Below are positions 13,745-27,757 of a DNA stretch of 64,000 nt, one piece after another; positions within the stretch are counted from its first letter, which is position 1, and every line of letters begins with the position of its first letter. Position numbers and translations under genes: made by a program. The stretch covers positions 150,660,001-150,724,000 of the forward strand of contig OX597816.1 of NCBI GenBank assembly GCA_951406725.2, read 5' to 3'. Below the pieces are notes generated by a model. The model was not told where the DNA came from and did no database searches. It saw only the letters and a program-made list of their open reading frames with translations. This stretch comes from Octopus vulgaris. Lineage: Eukaryota.

Positions 13745-15215
13745 ATCATCATCATCATCCAACATCTATTGTCCATGCTGGCATGGGTTGGATGGTTTGA
13801 CCAGGGCTGGCAAGCTGGAAGGCTGCACCAGACTCCAGTCTGATTTGGTATGATTTCTACAGCTGGATGCCCTTCTTAACGCCAACCACTCCAAGAGTGT
13901 AATGGGTGCTTTTACATGCCACTGGCACAGGTGGCATTTGTGTGACACCAGAATTTGCCATGACTGCGATTTTGCTCAGCTTGATGGGTCTTCTTCTCAA
14001 GCACAACATAATACCAAAGGTCTCGTTCATTGCCTCCATGAGGCCCAACACTCGAAAGGAGCTCAGCCACTTTGCCTCTGTGAGGCCCAACACTCAAAAG
14101 GTGCTTTTTACATGCCACTGGCACAGGTGCCAGTTACATGACACCAGCATCAGCCATGACTACAAATTCACTTGGCTTGACAGGTCTTCTCAAGCACAGC
14201 ATATTGCCAAAGGTATCAGTCACCAGTCATTGCCTCTGTGAGGCCCAAAGTTTGAAGATCATGTTTCAGTACCTTGTCCCATGTCTTCCTGGAGCTACCT
14301 CTACCACAGGTTCTCTCCACAGTTAGAGATTGGCACTTCTTTACACAGCTGTTCTCATCCATGACCATACCAGTGCCTCTCTTGCACACTGCATCTGATG
14401 CCTCTTATGCCTAACTTTTCTCTCAAGATACTACACTCTGTTGAACATGCACACCAACATTGCACATCCAGCAAAGCATACTAGCTTCGTTTCTTTCAAG
14501 CCTACACATGTCCTCGGCTGTCACAGCCCATTTTTCACTGCCACGTAGCATAGCTGTTCATGCACAGGCATTATACAATCTGTCTTTCACTCTGAGGGAG
14601 AGGCCTTTTGTTGCCAGTAGAAGTAGGAGCTCTCTGAACTTTGCCCAGCCTATTCTTATCCTCACAACTATACTCTCGGAGCATCTACCTCCACTACAAA
14701 CTTGGTCACCTAGATAACAGAAGCTATCTACTACCTCTAGCTTACCCCACTGGTAGTTGATGGAGTCTATTTTCTGTACATTTTTGGTGTTTATTGTACC
14801 TGTGTATCTTCCACGTGCAAAAGCTATTGTCTCTCTTAACCTTCCTCTAATATTGCTGCACCTTTTATGTGTCCAAAGCTTACACAAGGTGCATCTTATG
14901 GAGTTTCTACCTATGCCCTTTCTACAGATTGAGCAGAGCCATCTACCTGAAGGGATTTGTGATTTGTCTACCTTCCTACTTTGTTTTTTGCTATGTTAAC
15001 TCTAAGGCCCTTCGATTCTAGACTTTGCTTCCATACCTGGAACTTCTCTAGTTTTGATAGCAATTCAGCTATAAGAGCAAGGTCATCAGCATTGAGGAGC
15101 TCCTAGGGGCAGCCTGTCATAAATTCCTCTGTTGCCTGGAGAACTATGATGAATAAAAGGGGGATTAGGACCAATCTTTGGTGAACCCCTACTTGTATCC
15201 TGAATTCTTCGCTGT
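13745..15215 (-). mobile_element. 5'-truncated RTE-clade LINE: RT C-terminal half, 3' UTR and (GAT)n tail
   Basis: ELLNADDLALIAE (YADD motif) near 15080; CSICRKGIGRNSIRCTLCKLWTHKRCS Cys-rich insert; EVVDSFCYLG and RIRIGWAKFRELL (ORF 14558-14887); tail ends in the (CAT)n run at ~13745. Confidence 0.85.
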
Positions 15216-16182
15216 ACATGTATGTATATATATGTACATGTGTATATGTATGCATTTCCTTATATCTTAATATAACATATTTTGACCAGACATGGTGATG
15301 GTGTGTTTATGTTGTATATAAGCAATACATCTAGTAGCTCTGCATTTTGTGAGGACAAATGAAATTAAAATCCCTTACTTCAACGACAGTTTAAGGTTAG
15401 TGACAGAAAGAGCATCCAGCTATAAAATACTGCCTTGCATAAGTTTTCACTGAAGCCATGCAAGCATGACATAAAAACAAACACAGAAGGAAATGAATGA
15501 AAAACATGTGTGAATGTATTCACACATACATAGCTGTATTAAACAACCACAAAGAATACATTATATCCTGGTCCAAGTTCAGAGCTATTGCCCTCTTAAC
15601 ACAATACATGCATGCAAACATACATACATAGATGCATGCATTCATGCATAGATAACAAAATTGATTGTGATTTTTTCCCCATAACATATGATCAATGTTT
15701 TTTAACTGAAAACAGTTCATTAAAGCAAACCAAATCATATCTGATCCAAGATTTTTTTCAAATGGAAATATTTATTTAAAACAAAGATATGTCATATCAT
15801 TTTAAATATATATATATTTGTGTGTGTGTGTATATGTGTGTGTGCGTGTGTGTAATACTCATCTATTTAGAAATAATGTATCTAACATTATTTTACCAAA
15901 TATATAAAGATAATAAAAAGCAAATCTATATTGGTAAAAGCACACATATGGGTATACTCAAGATTCATTCTTTTTATTTATACTCGCATGCATACATACT
16001 TACATACACACTTACATATCCATACATTAGTGTGTGTGTGTAAGAGAGAGAGGGAGAGAGAGAGAAGGAGATCTTTACTTCGCACATCTCTTCTCTGTAA
16101 AAGAAAAAGGATAAAGAAGAAAGAAATGGAAATCTTTGAATTTGATCTAATGTTCTTTAAGTATTTATTTTTGTAAATAAAT

Positions 16183-16217
<35 letters not shown>

Positions 16218-17679
16218 GAAATCAATGTTGTATGTTGTTTTTTTAACTTTTTTTATTAACAACTGTCACTTTGGGAAAGCAGTTTTAATGAAAAACAAAT
16301 AAAAACTACACAGTCAATAAGTTAACTTCAGAACTAAATATTTTTTCATCCAGCTCTCTCCCAATTCCTTCATCATGCTACTATTCTTAGTTCAGATTCC
16401 CATAAAATATAATTTGCTTCCCTACATTTCTGGTATCTCTTATGATAATCATTAATAAAAGCACCAGTAAGATCAGTTAGGTCAGTGCTGTACCAGATAA
16501 CATAATTTTAGCAGTACTCTATAAATTAATCAGCATTGTCAACAGCTGTGGCAATCACTCATCGTCAAGGTTGTCTTTCATTGTTATGGATATCACCTAA
16601 ATGGTAGAGTGCCATACAGAGTTATTCGTAGTGTATGGATTTGACCCAATCTGTTCTGGGTTCAAACTGTGCTACAGTTGACTTTGCATTTCAACACACC
16701 ATTATCGATTAAATAAGCACCTGTCTTTTATTAAAGTTGGTTCAACCAATTATTCATTTCCTCCTCCCCAGTATGTATAGATACTGAATATTATATATAA
16801 ACCTCTGCCTCAGTGTAGATGACAAGACAATGTGGTAACAAGACACATAACTCCATTTGTCTTTTCTTTGCAAACAAGTTCAATATTTACTTTGCAACTG
16901 AGTGGTTCACAATAAAAGTGGCCTCAAGTTGAAAAATAGTTATTCTACCACTGTGCAAATGTATAAATTTGAGAAAAAAATGCCATCCATCCAAACACAT
17001 TTTGAACTTGGAATACAAAACTGGGAACCTAAACAGTATGAAACAATACTTTACCCTTTCAGTCCTATTACTATTATACATTTATAGTGTGCAATTATAA
17101 TTATGTTAGATCTTACACTAAACTTTTTTGTTATTAAAATTTGTATGATTAGAATTTTTAATGAGTTACAGTTTACAAGATTAGAATGATGATAACAAAG
17201 ACATACTGTTTGGAAAAAAAAAGCATTATTCAGAACATTATTTTTTTATGTTTTAACCCAGAGATAAAAGGTAGTGAAATTTTAATAAAATGATTATCAT
17301 TTTTAGTGAAAAGTTCAAATGGGGAAATTTGTTGTGCACTAGAAATAGCCATCAGTTATCATTTTAGTAGATACATAAGAAGCCAGTTTCATTTAGGAAG
17401 GACATTCAACCAGTAAAACTAAGCCAAAATCAAGACAGCTGCTAATATAGTGAAAAATGCTAACAGCATTTACAAGACTAATGCTTACTAAGTTAGTACT
17501 GTGAACAACAGTGGGGATGGGAATAAAAACATTGCCATACGCAAGAAATCCTTAACCATCACAACCAACTAATTGTTTTCTTCCAGATGCAGAAAATCAA
17601 CTTCAAAGAACAAATGACCCACCACGGGAAATCCTTTTTTTTTTTTTTTGTCTGGTAAAAAGAATTTTATAACTACCAC

Positions 17680-18480
17680 TATCAATGTTGGTGTAATGAA
17701 AAATACATCTGGAAAAATTTTAGAGATGTTAGAGCAGAGGTAAGTAGGTGTTTGTTGTATACAAGAGGAAAGCTGGAGGGAATAGATTCTTCCATGTAGT
17801 GGTGAATGAACAGGGCAGAGAAATAAATAAAATAATTAAGGTAGTCAGAGTATGTTATAGAATAAAGTTAGACTTATTTATGAATAATGTGGCTGCAACT
17901 ATTGTTTCTGCTTATGTACCACAATCAGGACCAAGAGATTATCAAAATGCCATTTCTATGAAACCTTCTAACAGACCACCTCTCCATGTATACTCCAGGA
18001 TACATAGAAGATACAAATATAGTACAAATAAGAACAAATTAAAGTTCCTGAGATTCTGTGGTGCATATTGCCAAGCCATCTGCAAACAACCAGCCAAACT
18101 GGGGAACATACTTATCATATAGATTTCATACTCATCAGGAAATAAGATAGACCTAGTTTTGAATAATAGGAGGTACCTCCTACAAAAAGAAAGTATGGCT
18201 AACATAGACTATTGGTCAGTGTTGTCAGAATTAGAGTTAGACAAATCCTGAAACAGAAGAAAGAAAATAGAGAAACTGAAAGACCTTTCTGCTAAACATA
18301 GTTTCAGAGAAGTTCTCAGAGATTTGTGTGACAAGAAGATCAATACAGAAACAATGGGAGTTACTATGAAACAGTTTGCTGCAATCCACAAAACCAAAAG
18401 CAAAGTCTCAGCCAGAACGAAGCAGACAAGATGGTGAAATGGTACAGAAGATATACTTATAAAAGCTAAAAGACTGAATG
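17680..18480 (+). mobile_element. Highly degraded RTE-like LINE, endonuclease region
   Basis: IIKVVRVCYRIKL...ATIVSAYVPQSG; LKFLRFC...ICK; YSSGNKIDLVL; HRLLVS motifs of APE domains. Confidence 0.6.
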
Positions 18481-21400
18481 GGTCTCTTACAATCTTTTTA
18501 CTTTTTCTCTTTATTTTTCTATTTAACATTTTGTTTATATGAGAAAAGTCAACTTTCAGAACTGTATATCAACAAAACAATTTATTCATTTCAAAATGTT
18601 GTTAATGTTTAGAGCAGTATGGTGTATCACCCTATGGTATATTGTATACCTATTCATAGCCTAGTGAACAAAGATGAACTAATATACAAAACCAACAAGA
18701 TTGTCACATGTGGAATATCTTTGACAATAGGTTTACTCAGTCAGGAGAGACCTGGAGTTTAACAACAATAAAACAAGTGGTGTAACCTGGTTTTTGTGTG
18801 TTCTGACAGCAATATCTATGACAACACTGATACCAAGTTGCAATGACTTTAGTCAGCAGCCTTTCCTTTGAGCAACATCAGTGTCGTGAAAACTTGCCTC
18901 ATACAGTGGCAACTGCCAGTCTTCCTCAGAAAACCTTGTAAAGACCTGCACATGTGCAGATGTATGGTTAATGTTGACCTGTGATAAGAGTAACTATTTT
19001 TTGAAAATTTAGATATTTACCTTGATAAACTGCACACATTACATGATATAAAAAGGTTTGTGTTAGGAAATGCATCCAGCCATATCTAAATTGGAATGTA
19101 CAAGTGAGATGTGGTCCTCAACACATATAGGAATGTTGTATTTTTAAAGAACTGATTCAGATTATGATGACCTATCCAACTCATGTCAGCAAAGAAGACA
19201 GATGTAAAATGATTGTGGAGATGATGGTGATGGTAACAGAAGTGATGGTAGCAGTGGTGACAGCAAGGAGGAGGTATTTTGCTGGAGAGAATTCCTGTCA
19301 GACAACATACAAAAATTATAAGTATTTTATAATTGATTCTATTCATTTTACCAATATGTGAAATTAGTAATGTCTATTGCAACACAAGCCATAATTACTG
19401 TAGGTTCAAGATTCTGAGAGCTATTGCACTAACTTTACTTCTTTAACCATTTTGTTCTTTACCTGAGCAAGGCAAACTGCTTCCATTTATTCTTCATGGT
19501 TGCATGATTAAAAAAAGGTGTTCCTTTGACAAAAACAATTACTCTAACAATCGTTCCTGCATTGCATCCCTCAGAAATTTTCCTCCCCTTTTTTCCATGT
19601 TTTATCCACAAACATCAGCTTATCCCCACCACCTAAAATTGTTGGCCATGTGTCTAAACCATGAATAAATATTTAAAATAGTAACCCAGAAAAACCTTTA
19701 TTGGGAAGCAGCGATATGTTTATATATGTCTACTTACATATTTACATACAGATACTGACAAATAGAAACTTAAAGAACATTGTTAAATCTTTTCATAAAA
19801 ATATTTATTAAAAACTTTTAAAAAATCGATCATTTAGTAACTAAAAATTTGTAAAATATTTACCTTAAATGTTCTTCAAGTTATGGTCAATGTCAGTCCT
19901 TGTTCCATTCAGAATATCTTAGAAGCTAAATATCTTTAGGAAGTATACTTGATGATCAGAAGACTAACCAAATTATAACAGTGCATATATGAACTGCATA
20001 ATTTCAGCTTTAAACTATGCAGTAAACCTACGCAATATCAGAATAGGGCAGTTGCATTCTTGTATACTTCCTGATTAATTCTGGTAAAATAAAGAATTGA
20101 GAAAGAAATCATCAGGTAACATGAATAAGTACAAAAAGTAGGATTTATATTGAAATACTGAAGTATACTATGAGCATTCATGAATTTAAACTTAGTCATA
20201 CTTGGCAAAGGGCTTTATCCGAAAAGATTATTTTGTGTGTGAAAGACACAATTCTTTTACATATCTGAATAACTTGTTAGTCCTTGAAAGAGCATCCATC
20301 AATCATTCATTTTAACTACTGCTGTTGTAATAAAATGACCTCCTTTTATTACTTCTACATATCAGTATATTCTAGTTGGTCCTTCTAGCTTACCAAATTG
20401 CACAATCCACAAGTTTTTGAGCCAGTATCAAGCACATTAATCACTGTTCTATAATACAAGTTGAACTATCTCTTCTTTAATATCCATGACATCAATGTCC
20501 AACCCTTCTGTCATTTAATTTTAAACAGTTGAAGTTATTTCTATATCGTAAAAAACTAATCTTCTGGCAAGTAAAATCTGTGGTAAAGGTTTCACACCTG
20601 ATAAATTCATTTCTGTTCACATGTTTTCATACTGGTGATGCTAGGTTTGCATGTTCTTCATACACTGCAACAGACTAACTTTATTCTGATAATTTCATAT
20701 GAATACATAAAAATATCATTTTCTTGTGAATAAGTACCGGGCTCAATATTTGTAGACATAAAAGGAAAAGGACCATAAACAGAAGTGAAGTAAAATTACT
20801 CTAAGCACAAATTGAAATGTCACAGATTACTCAAGAGGCTTACCTTCAGACAAACATTTTCATAGATAAAATATTTCAGAAACTGTAGGATGTCTGTGTT
20901 TTTCCTAAAAGTATTACTATCATAAAAAAAGTGAAATTGTGATATCATCTCATCAAAGTCCAGCCTATATTTCACAGAAAATAAAACCAGGGCCCAAAAT
21001 GTCCCAACTTGTCTGGATTAGTAAATATCATTTCGTAAAAGTTCACAAATTTGAGTAAGTTTGTATGCTAGATGGAGACAAAAAACAGTGACTGTGTACA
21101 ATGTTCTTTGTTAAAGAGAAAAATATTTTTACTATTTATTGTAGTACTAAGGCTGGCAGAATCATTTCCATGCTGGGAAAAATGGTTAGTGGCATTTCAT
21201 CTGTTTTATGTTCTGAGAACAAATTCAACCAAGGCCAACATTGTCTTTTATTCTTTTGGGTCAATGAAATAAGTACCAGTTGAGCACTGGGTCAATGTAA
21301 TCAACTTACCCCCTCTACCAAAATTACTGGCCAAAATTTTGCCAAAATTTTAAACCAATATTTATGGCAGTACTAACTGACAGTGATTACATCAACACAA

Positions 21401-21819
21401 TACTGGAATCTTCCATTCAATTTTACTTCATATCACTTAACTATGTTTAATGATGTTTTAAATGAGTGTGTCTGTGTGTGTAGCTGGTGCATGTGTGTGT
21501 GTGTGTGTGTGCACTAATTTTCAATCAAAGTGTCAATCTTGCCATGAAAATTTGCTTGAAATTCAACTAAAAGAATTTTAATAATCATGAATATGATTAC
21601 TTTTATTAATAATAATAATGGTAATGTTGTTGTTGTTGTTTCACTCAGTGAGACAATATTAAAGCCAATTAATCAACTGACAGCACCTCGGAAGGTTCTC
21701 CTGCAGCTCCCATAGATTCAAGAATATTAAAATAGTAATTAATGCCTTTTGGTCTTTGGTATTTGCCTTTCAAGAAAATTACAGTTCTCAACAAGTCAGA
21801 CAATTTTTATAAAAGATAT

Positions 21820-21894
21820 TATCATCCCATCATCACCATCATCACCGACTCCACTGTCATCACCACCACCACCACCACCACCACCATCATCAGC

Positions 21895-21925
<31 letters not shown>

Positions 21926-21975
21926 ACAACAACAACATCTTTATCACTACCTCTACTAGTACTACTACTAATACT
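21820..21975. repeat. Compound trinucleotide microsatellite (CAT/CAC/AAC/ACT)
   Basis: Direct reading; explains the four overlapping low-complexity ORFs at 21742-22179. Confidence 0.92.
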
Positions 21976-22291
21976 AGCATCATTTTGTTCTTTTCCATTT
22001 TTAATATCATCCCTGTGTTGATTAATGTTATTTAATAAACTTGAAATTTCAAAAGAGCTAGGGAACATGATGCAATTACAAGCATAGTGATTAAAAGAGA
22101 AACCCTCAACTGGGTTTTTTTTTTGTTTTTGTTTTGGCTTTTTACGTAAGAAATTCAGTTCCGAAGGTGAAAGCTGCATTGCAGGACCCTTAAGGAATGA
22201 TGATGCAAATGATTAATGTCCCAAAATGAATAAAGATAAAAACACTTATCCAGTGAATCACTCAGCCAACCAATCAGATGGCACTCAAGAG

Positions 22292-22493
22292 CTTTGCCTC
22301 TAGTGAATGCTACAACATGTAATCACCGGTGTTGTGTAGTCAAACTGATTCACAGGACATTCTTTTATATATTTCACGGAATTTTTTAAACTTTGCCTCT
22401 AGTGAATGCTACAACATGTAATCACCGGTGTTGTGTAGTCAAACTGATTCACAGGACATTCTTTTATATATTTCACGGAATTTTTTAAACTTT
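22292..22493. repeat. Perfect 99-bp tandem duplication
   Basis: 22292-22390 is repeated identically at 22391-22489, with cttt microhomology at the junctions. Confidence 0.95.
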
Positions 22494-22544
22494 AGAAAAT
22501 CCATACTGGCACATTAATATCTTGAAAAAACGTTATTTATAATT

Positions 22545-22985
22545 TTGCGGCTGTGTGGTAAGTAGCTTGTTTACCAACCACATAGTTCCAGGTTCAGTTC
22601 CACTGTGTGGCACCTTGGGCAAGTGTCTTCTACTATAGCCTCGGGCTGACCAAAGCCTTGTGAGTGGATTTGGTAGACGGAAACTGAAAGAAGCCTGTCG
22701 TATATATGTATATATATATATATGCATGTATATGTTTGTGTGTCTGTGTTTGACCCCTAGCATTGCTTGACAACCGATGCTGGTGTGTTTGTCCCCGTTA
22801 CTTAGTGGTTTGACAAAAGAGACCAATAGAATAAGTACTGGGCTTACAAAAGAATAAGTCCCGGGGTCGAGTTGCTCGATTAAAAGCAGTGCTCCAGCAT
22901 GGCCACAGTCAAATGACTGAAACAAGTAAAAAAAAAGCTGGGGCGGTGCCCCAGCATGGCCACAGCTCGTGAGCTGAAACTAGAA
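22545..22985 (+). mobile_element. tRNA-derived SINE (OR-like) with a duplicated 3' tail
   Basis: Same family as 7500-7895; the tail gtgc.ccagcatggccacag...ctgaaac occurs twice. Confidence 0.8.
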
Positions 22986-25694
22986 TCAATCAATCATACA
23001 TAGCTTACTCTCTCTTTACCCCTCTCTTACAACTATAAATCTGTTTCTTTCATCATACTTTACCCTCTCTCGTTTCACTCACACACTCTCTCTCCTCTCT
23101 TTCTCTCTTTCTCTTTCTCCTATTCTCCTTTCAATTGTAGGAGCTCTTTCAGCTCTTTAGTCTTGCAAGCTGCAAGGCAACATCACAAGTGTTGTTACCA
23201 CACAAAATAAAAGGACACCTTTTATACTCTGTAAGGTGGTTGACATTAGGAAGAACATCCAACCATACAAAGTATGTCAAAACAGAGATCCCAAAGAACG
23301 ACATGGTTTTCCAATACCTTGGATCCTGTCAAACTGTCCAACCCATGCTAGCATGGAAAGCAAATGTAAAATGATGGTGAGAAGGAGAAGGAAAAAGAGG
23401 GGAGGAAAAGGAGAAGGATTAATTAAAGAATGAAAGCAATACTTTTCTATGTACTTTTCTAAATTTTTATATTTAAAGCAGTTTTTTCTGTGGGATTTTA
23501 TATGTGAGAGATTATGTCATTCACTGCATGATATAATGTATAATTATGTGTGTGAACAATGACAAAAACTATCTGCAAATCTTTGTAATGCAATAATGAG
23601 GCATGGATGTACAGTTTAGAAAAACTGGTGAACTAGTGATTGATAGTTTTGTAAATGACACCTTTGAGTAATTATTCATTAAGTCTAGGGACGAACATTA
23701 ACAAAGAAAATACACTTTGCCTGTAATACTGTGAGTGAATGTAATATAACAAATGGACATAAGCAGAGACATGAAACTGGTTAATTATGTATAATGAACT
23801 TATGATATGGAGGTCCTAAACAGAAAACAGGATATTTTGATAAATTAACAAATATACTAATGTTACAAACAACCATCAGTAGAGAATTATAACCACTGAA
23901 CTAGCATTATTGATAAATCATTCACACATAGTAGAACCATTTGTTATCAAACAAAATGCTTTGTAGAATTTAGATACATCTCTTTCGATTCTGATTCTGA
24001 TTCTGAGTTCAGATCCTGTTGGTGTCAAGTTTGCCTGGGATCAATAAAACAGAGTACCAGTCATGATTTGAGGTTGATTTGACATATCTTCCTCTCTGAA
24101 AATGTGGGTCCTGTTCCTATTCTAGAAACCAGTTATACATTGCTTCAGAAGATTAAATTGTAAACATGTGTATGGGATGAAATATATTTTACTCACTAAC
24201 AATAGCTACAGGAGACAAAACCATTTCAGAATAAACTGTGTGGCAGCACTTTGGGTAGAATATGAACTTCAGCTAAGGAATCAACCTCCTCCTGATTATC
24301 TCATCTGCAACAGACACATATTATAATGGAGATTTCTTTTTTTTTTAAACAAATAGAAGATTGATATTTCATGCTAACTTAAAAAATTAGGATCTCAAAA
24401 CAGTGTAAAATGAACATCCCTGATATTTAAAATCAATAGATTTTGTTGAAAACAAAACATGCTTTGAAAAGATGTTTTAAAATATTATGAAAATTTTGTT
24501 TTTAATATTTTTTTTCTATTTCGATAATTTGATAATTTTAAATAATTTTCATTTAATTATTTTACATGCTTTTTATTGTTCTTTTACATTTCCTTTTCAT
24601 TTATATTGCTTTGTTTTGTTTTTTCCCATTGTGAGTGGCAACAATGGTAGAATACTAGACTGAATACATCTCCGAAACCTCAGTACTTACATCTAACCCT
24701 CTGTGTTCTGGGATAAAATTCTGCTGAGGTTCACCTTGCCTTCCAGTCTTCTTGAGTTGATAAATAAATACCACCAGCCACATGCTGAAATTGCCCTCAC
24801 CCTTCCAAAAGTTGGACTCCTGCCTATGAATGAAATCATTTTTAATTCAATTCTTTTATCCATTTGTTTGTTTTATCCATCATGTTCTCATTTCCTTATT
24901 AATTAAATTTATTTTATCATCCAACCCATGCCAGCATGAAACATGGACATTAAATGATTTTTACATAATTTTTCTTACATTTTTGTAGGGGTAGGGACAG
25001 TTTTCTATGCTTTCTTCATTAGCCATCTAATTCATGTTTTGTATGTACATGTATGTGTATATATGTGTGTGTGTGTGTGTGTATGTACGTACGCATGTAT
25101 GTATATATTTATATATGTATGTATGTATATACATACATGCATACATACATACACATACACAGATACATGCACAGATATAGGTATGCATAACAGGCTTTCA
25201 TATAGTCTCCTTTTACCAATTCCACTTACAATAAGTTAGCTGATCTGGAGTGAAAGTAAAAAACACTTGCCCTAGGCACCAAACAGTGGGACTCATCCTG
25301 AAACCATATGGTTGCAAAGTAGCTTCTTAACTCCTATTTACTTATTTATGTTTTTGCATTTCTATGAAACTCAGCTTAGACCATTTTTTTTTTTTAATTG
25401 CTTGAAAGTAACTTTCCCAGACCAACTGAAGATTATCAACTTATTTTTAACCCTTTGTTACTCTCTTTGTTACTTTAATCTTTGAAAAATTGTTTATCTT
25501 TTTACTTGTTTCAGTAAGTAGACTGCAGCCATGATGGGGCATACCTTTAAGGTTTTTCTTTCAATCAATAAGATTAACCCCAATATGTACAGTACTTATT
25601 TTATTTGTCTCTTTTGAGAACCATTAAGTTAAAGGGGTGTAAACAAACCAACACTGGTTGTCAAACAGGTGGTGAGATGATGGCAAACAAACAC

Positions 25695-25799
<105 letters not shown>

Positions 25800-25851
25800 G
25801 TTTTTGATAAACAGTATCAATTTTTATAATTCTGTAAATGATGATAATATT

Positions 25852-26034
25852 TTATAAGCTTGAAACTTATAAGTGATTGCTCTGTAATCTGTAATGACTA
25901 GAGAAAATAGTCTAATATTGGGGCATATAGGCCCTGGAAACCCTACTTTTTTCAATCAGGGCTTATATGCCCCAATATCAGACTATTTTCTCTTGTCATT
26001 ACACATTGATCACTTGTAAGCTTTAAGCTTATAA
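25852..26034. repeat. Foldback palindrome (probable MITE) inserted in the (CA)n of a SINE
   Basis: Arm tataagcttgaaacttataagtgat...gtaatgactagagaaaatagtctaatattggggcatataggccctg pairs with cagggcttatatgccccaatatcagactattttctcttgtcattac...atcacttgtaagctttaagcttata. Confidence 0.85.
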
Positions 26035-26783
26035 TACACGCACACACACACACACACATGTGATGGGCTTTCACACAGTTTCTGTCAACTTTATTCATTC
26101 ACCTGTTATTGGTCAGCCTGAGGCAATAATAGAAGATACTTACTGAAGGTGCTACACTATGGTATTGAACCTGAAACCATGTAGTTGCAAAACAAGCTTC
26201 TCAACCACCCAAAGATGCCTGAAGTACTGAATTTCAGTAAAGTAACTTTGTCGTTATTAAGGTGGTATGTGGACCATAAATTTACATGAAATTTTAATGA
26301 AATGTTTTAACTTAGATTACCTTGAAGAAAGAAATTCACATCACAGAACCAAGGATTGTCTCAGAGTTCATGTAACTATATTCATTTTATGTATGAATGA
26401 AACATAGACTAGGCTGGATACAGCTGTTAGTATACACACACACACAAGCGCTTGCATTTAATAATATTTGATGGCATCCTAAGTATTGATGATGTACATC
26501 AAAATATATGTTAGTTTAAATTGTGATAGAAAAACAAGACCTCATGCAGAATATCACTTACCTCTGTCCTGGAGAATTCAGATCTATCTCAAGCTAAATC
26601 AAGATTATATATATACATGTGTGCATGTGTGTGTGTGTGTCTGTGTGTGTGTGAGAGAGAGAGTTTGTCCCTGGGTAAATTGTTAGTTAACAGAGCATGT
26701 CTGGTCTGTTTAGACATGCCCCATCCAATAAACCTGAAGTCAATTTATGAAGTTTATTGTATTTCCTTACAGATTTATAAAAT

Positions 26784-26817
<34 letters not shown>

Positions 26818-26946
26818 CAATATTATCATAACATTAATTACTTTTACTACTTCTATTATTAAAAGTAATGTTAAAAACAATAGTCATAACATTGAAGATG
26901 ACTTGTTATAGATTCACTACAAAACACCACAAATTACAAAATTATT

Positions 26947-27001
<55 letters not shown>

Positions 27002-27017
27002 GGTGGTGGTGGTGGTG
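26947..27017. repeat. (TAG)n(TGG)n microsatellite
   Basis: Direct reading. Confidence 0.95.
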
Positions 27018-27104
27018 GCCTCAACCATTTTCTAATCTTTTTTATTATACTTGGTTAATGTCTATCTTTCTCTCTCCCTTTCTCTCTCTCTCTCTTTCTT
27101 GTGT

Positions 27105-27139
<35 letters not shown>

Positions 27140-27561
27140 TGCAGACATAATTACATGCATACATACATACATACATACATACATACAAACAAACAAACAA
27201 ACAAACAAACACACATAAACATATACAAACACCAATAAATGGTGTACAAAAGATTTTATGCTTTGCTGTTTGATTTGATATTTCTTCAAAGGAAACCTTT
27301 TAGAGTTTAAAATGAAAAGAAGTTATTTGTAACAGTCATCTCTTTAACACTTCATGGAATAAATAGCTTAAGTTGGATTAGACAAAGAGAAAAACAACAA
27401 CAATAGATATATTGCTTTCTTTTATTCATATTTGAGGTATTACAGTCTTCACAGTCTATGGTGCGTAGCACAGATGGCCAGAATCCATAATACATCAGAC
27501 TACAAACCAAAGAGTCAATAGTTTATATGCTATCACCAACACTACTCAGTAAACAGAGCAA

Positions 27562-27666
27562 TTATATATATGTGTGTGTGTGTGTGTGTATATATGTATA
27601 TATATGTATATATATATATGTATATATGTATGTATGTATGTATGTGTATATATATATATATATGTA

Positions 27667-27756
<90 letters not shown>
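27562..27756. repeat. Compound (TG)n/(TA)n/(TATG)n microsatellite
   Basis: Direct reading; source of the YIYI-type ORFs. Confidence 0.95.

Positions 27757-27757
<1 letters not shown>

Noticed and set aside
21742-22179. Four overlapping ORFs with poly-T/P/D/M runs
   Set aside because: Translation of trinucleotide microsatellites.
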